Below are positions 61,354 through 64,000 of a stretch of DNA of 64,000 bases, piece after piece. The notes below the pieces were generated by a model that was not told where the DNA came from, ran no database searches, and saw only the letters and a list, made by a program, of their open reading frames with translations. The position numbers and the translations under genes were made by a program. How positions within the stretch are numbered: position 1 is the stretch's first letter; every line of letters starts with the position of its first letter. This stretch comes from Thermodesulfobacteriota bacterium (lineage in GTDB: Bacteria; Desulfobacterota; WTBG01; CAIYCZ01; CAIRTM01): the NCBI GenBank assembly GCA_028278025.1, contig JANQFE010000096.1, positions 10,711 through 74,710 of the forward strand, in the 5' to 3' direction.

Positions 61354-61584
61354 ATGAGTTCCTGCAAACACGAAATTCTAACCCTGGTGCAGATCAAAAA
61401 TAACAAACTGCGCTGCAGACACTGCCATCTTACTATCAGCGCAGATGAGCTTAGCAACGGCTGCTGTCCGGAATGTCTTGATGTGCATAAAGTGAGGCGC
61501 AGAGATTTTGATGAAATTGTAGAAGTCGGCAAAGATACCATCCGCTATTGCTGCGAGCGCTGTGGAATGGTGGTGGATTGCTAG
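61354..61584 (+). CDS. Small zinc-ribbon protein (three CxxC pairs), function unknown
   Basis: 'CRHC', 'CPEC' and 'CERC'. Weak SD. Supported only as an ORF. Confidence 0.4.
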   Translation: MSSCKHEILTLVQIKNNKLRCRHCHLTISADELSNGCCPECLDVHKVRRRDFDEIVEVGKDTIRYCCERCGMVVDC

Positions 61585-61950
61585 CAGATGATAAACTGCC
61601 TTTTTATTGTGAAGCTCTTCTCGCAACCCAGGAGCGCTGTTCGGGCTTATTGGTACGGTATCCCGGGGTTAGCTCACAGAAGGGGTACTGGTTTTTGCGG
61701 CACTCACTACCGCTGCGGCGATCAATTCTGGAACGCACTGTAAAAACTCCATATTTTTGATCTTTACCTATTCTATTCATTATTAAACGCCATTTTTGTA
61801 CCTCAAAAACAGCAAAACCTTTTTATGACAAATGCAATGTAATGGTTTGAGTATAAAATTCAATGATTAAAAAACATGCATATATTCTCAAAATAAGATA
61901 AAATTTTAAAGTATATTTTTTTGAAGAAAAAATGAAAGGAGTTACCTAAA

Positions 61951-62589
61951 ATGCTTATAGGATTTAACGGCAGTCCAAAACCGCACAGCAATCTTCGCAG
62001 AATAATTGAGATGGTGTTACAGGAATCCGGCCAAGAATACCGGATATATGATCTGGCACAGATGAATATAAAACCATGCACAGGATGTGTTCAGTGTGCC
62101 AAAGATAATCGCTGCGTAGTGAAAGATGATATGTTTGCTCTCTATGATGAAATCATTGCCTCAGACGGGATTGTTGTCGGGGCCGTAGTCTATTTTAAAA
62201 AGGCCAATGGTTTCACACATAATTTTCTTGAGCGTCTTTTTCCATTACGGCATGTCGAACCCCGGACTATGGGAAAGCCTGCCGTAGCAGTAGCCGTTGG
62301 TGGAAATGAAGCGGAGGAAGTGGCAGAAGAAATAACCTATCAGTTAAGCAGCTATTTTAATTTTAATGTAGTGGACAGCCTGTTTTACAATTCCATGACA
62401 CCTCCGTGTTTTATATGCGGCTATGGAACTACCTGCCGGTATGGCGGGCCGGCACGTTGGATGTCCCCCGAAGAATTTGAAAACCTTAATGAGATCACAC
62501 CGGACATGTTTCAGCGATTTGAAACAGACAGTGAACTTGTAGAAAGAGTAAAGGCAATAGGTGAAAAACTGAGGGGGGTAACCCAGTAA
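61951..62589 (+). CDS. Iron-sulfur flavoprotein (Isf-like) / NAD(P)H-dependent FMN reductase family
   Basis: 'MLIGFNGSPKPHSN'. Compact Cys motif 'CTGCVQCAKDNRC' (C-x2-C-x2-C-x5-C), the same as in 36829..37491. AAAGGAG SD. Confidence 0.7.
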   Translation: MLIGFNGSPKPHSNLRRIIEMVLQESGQEYRIYDLAQMNIKPCTGCVQCAKDNRCVVKDDMFALYDEIIASDGIVVGAVVYFKKANGFTHNFLERLFPLRHVEPRTMGKPAVAVAVGGNEAEEVAEEITYQLSSYFNFNVVDSLFYNSMTPPCFICGYGTTCRYGGPARWMSPEEFENLNEITPDMFQRFETDSELVERVKAIGEKLRGVTQ

Positions 62590-62750
62590 GTCAGTTATCT
62601 CTATTCCTGAATACCAGGGTGATCAGCGGCGGTCCTTAACATGTAGCGTAGATAAAATGTACAAAACAACAGGCTGCAATTAGAGCATTTCGTAAAAAAG
62701 TGTAGCCTTACAGTTGAGGCAGCACAGGCTATAGAAAAAAGGGCAATGCT

Positions 62751-63776
62751 CTAGGTCTGGTTATTAACAGCGTGAGGTATGTTTGTATCGGGCCGTTTAT
62801 TCTTCATAGCTTTATCAACACCGGCAAGGATATCCGGAATTTGAGGCAGAACGTATTTTTCCATCACCGGACTGAAAGGCATGGGGACATCCTTGGCGGC
62901 AACTCTCACAACCGGACCTCTGAGATATTCAAACAGATCTTCGTTAATGCGTGCGGCCAGTTCTGCACCAAACCCTCCGGTAAGACATGCTTCGTGAACA
63001 ACTATGGCATGTTGTGTTTTTTTGACTGATTGGGCAATCAGCTCAAAGTCAAGAGGGCACAGGGTTCTCAGATCAATGATTTCAGCATCAATGCCATTTT
63101 GTACGAGGGCCCTGGAAGCTTCCATACATTCATAGGTCATACGTGAATAGGTCAATATGGTGATGTCCTTTCCGGGACGTTTTATCGCAGCTTTTCCAAG
63201 GGGAATAACATATTCTTCCTCAGTAACGGGACCGGTCCAGTTAAACAGACGCTTATGTTGAAAAAAGACAACAGGATCATCATCACGGATGGCCGCTTTA
63301 ATAAGTCCTTTAACATCAGCAGGTTCATATGGCGCTACGACTTTAAGTCCGGGTGTATGAATAATCCAGCTCTCCAGACACTGAGAATGCTGGGCCGCCG
63401 CGCTAATGCCACCACCGTCAGGTGCCCACAGTACCAGGGGAAGCGTGGCCTGACCTCCGAACATATATCTTATTTTGGCCATTTGATTAACGATTTCGTC
63501 CATAGCGGTAGTAACAAAGTCGGCAAAGTGCATATCTATAAAAGGACGCATTCCTGTCAGGGCGGCACCAACTCCGGCCCCGACGATGCTGGTTTCCGAA
63601 ATGGGTGTATCGATGAGACGGTCGGGAAATTTTTTGGAAAGGCCCCTGAACTGGCCAAAAATACCGCCCTGGGCGGTTAAATCTTCACCAATTATAAAAA
63701 TAGTCTCATCCTGTTCCATTTCTTCCATCAGCGCTTCAGCCATGGCCAGTGAACAGGACAGGTCTCTGACTCCCAT
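62751..63776 (-). CDS. pdhB: 2-oxoacid (pyruvate/acetoin) dehydrogenase E1 component beta subunit
   Basis: The ORF track starts at 63872. The real start is ATG 63776 with an AAGGAG SD (MGVRDLSCSLAMAEAL...). Transketolase-like pyrimidine-binding and C-terminal domains. Confidence 0.85.
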   Translation of the reverse strand: MGVRDLSCSLAMAEALMEEMEQDETIFIIGEDLTAQGGIFGQFRGLSKKFPDRLIDTPISETSIVGAGVGAALTGMRPFIDMHFADFVTTAMDEIVNQMAKIRYMFGGQATLPLVLWAPDGGGISAAAQHSQCLESWIIHTPGLKVVAPYEPADVKGLIKAAIRDDDPVVFFQHKRLFNWTGPVTEEEYVIPLGKAAIKRPGKDITILTYSRMTYECMEASRALVQNGIDAEIIDLRTLCPLDFELIAQSVKKTQHAIVVHEACLTGGFGAELAARINEDLFEYLRGPVVRVAAKDVPMPFSPVMEKYVLPQIPDILAGVDKAMKNKRPDTNIPHAVNNQT

Positions 63777-63789
63777 AGTGTGAATCTCC

Positions 63790-64000
63790 TTAGGGGTTGG
63801 TAAATAAATCCTTAAGTGCGTCTTCCGGTTTGGGCAGCGGTGAATCCAGACCGTATTGGGCGGCTTCATCAATAAATGTTTTAGTCTCAGCCCAGATTGC
63901 TGCTACAGCTTTTTTTGTCAAGACGCCTTCTTCGATAAGCACTGTTTGAAACCGGTCAATGGGATCACGATGCATCCTGTAATGCTGAATTTCATCCTGA
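63790..64000 (-). CDS. pdhA: 2-oxoacid dehydrogenase E1 component alpha subunit, 3'-terminal part only (gene continues past window end)
   Basis: The reading frame stays open upstream of the listed M at 63975 (...QDEIQHYRMHRDPIDRFQ...). It sits adjacent to and upstream of E1 beta. Confidence 0.75.
   Translation of the reverse strand, partial: QDEIQHYRMHRDPIDRFQTVLIEEGVLTKKAVAAIWAETKTFIDEAAQYGLDSPLPKPEDALKDLFTNP

Noticed and set aside
61590-61760. GC-richer 170-nt stretch upstream of the second Isf gene (70-aa ORF 61548..61760), considered as a riboswitch or ncRNA
   Set aside because: No recognisable riboswitch consensus, no clear terminator or antiterminator pair, and no promoter. Too weak to call.
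1-64000. Canonical type IX secretion system or exosortase/PEP-CTERM system
   Set aside because: No PorK/L/M/N, SprA, PorU(C25), exosortase or rhombosortase homologs were seen, and the C-terminal domain is helical and Cys-initiated rather than a T9SS Ig-like CTD. The resemblance is architectural only, so it is reported as an analogy, not a T9SS call.
1-64000. CRISPR arrays, tRNA or rRNA genes, integrases or transposases
   Set aside because: No regularly spaced direct repeats, cloverleaf-compatible sequences, rRNA-like stretches or DDE/tyrosine-recombinase ORFs were found on visual scan. The palindromic GC elements are not spaced as CRISPR repeats.

Overview
The window is AT-rich (GC-rich islands stand out against it) and looks bacterial. 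Gene content suggests an anaerobe, possibly a Desulfobacterota-like sulfate reducer: tungsten aldehyde:ferredoxin oxidoreductase, two compact-cluster iron-sulfur flavoproteins and hydantoinase/oxoprolinase genes; this is a low-confidence taxonomic guess. About 41 protein genes are supported. No rRNA, tRNA or CRISPR array was seen. Two parts dominate. (1) 1-19.9 kb is an accessory, cell-envelope and secretion locus on the minus strand. It runs ECF sigma factor, zinc-finger anti-sigma, a CHAT (caspase-like) peptidase fused to a CsgG-like lipoprotein domain, a TPR/CsgG-like lipoprotein, a FadL-family outer-membrane barrel, and a BNR/Asp-box protein. Downstream lie further genes for secreted proteins: an M30-like metallopeptidase, two paralogous Cys-rich small proteins and a lipoprotein. 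Five of these genes or operons are preceded by one conserved ECF-type promoter motif, (A/G)GAAT-N16-CTGCGACTAA, and the sigma factor gene itself is among them. Four large secreted proteins in the window end in one shared, apparently unannotated C-terminal domain of about 80-135 aa. Its core is C-x(15-20)-LRxFRDxVL-x(4-6)-G(K/R)xLIxLYY. Together this looks like an undescribed sorting or processing system: cargo bearing a C-terminal tag, a clan-CD peptidase and a FadL-like barrel, conceptually analogous to the PorU/PorV/CTD arrangement of type IX secretion. (2) 39.6-47.3 kb is an island of five secreted peptidases (S41, two M43, M30-like, M6) on the minus strand. The remainder is housekeeping or metabolic: hyuA/hyuB, YjbQ, an amidohydrolase, CysQ, an MFS transporter, serA, tkt, aor, a sigma54-dependent two-component system next to a sigma54-promoter-driven satP/YaaH-family gene, and E1 alpha/beta of a 2-oxoacid dehydrogenase. 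Also noted are several GC-rich palindromic repeat elements and a candidate small RNA with its own promoter and terminator. Many ORF-track starts are alternative codons or upstream extensions, so several starts were re-placed by hand.
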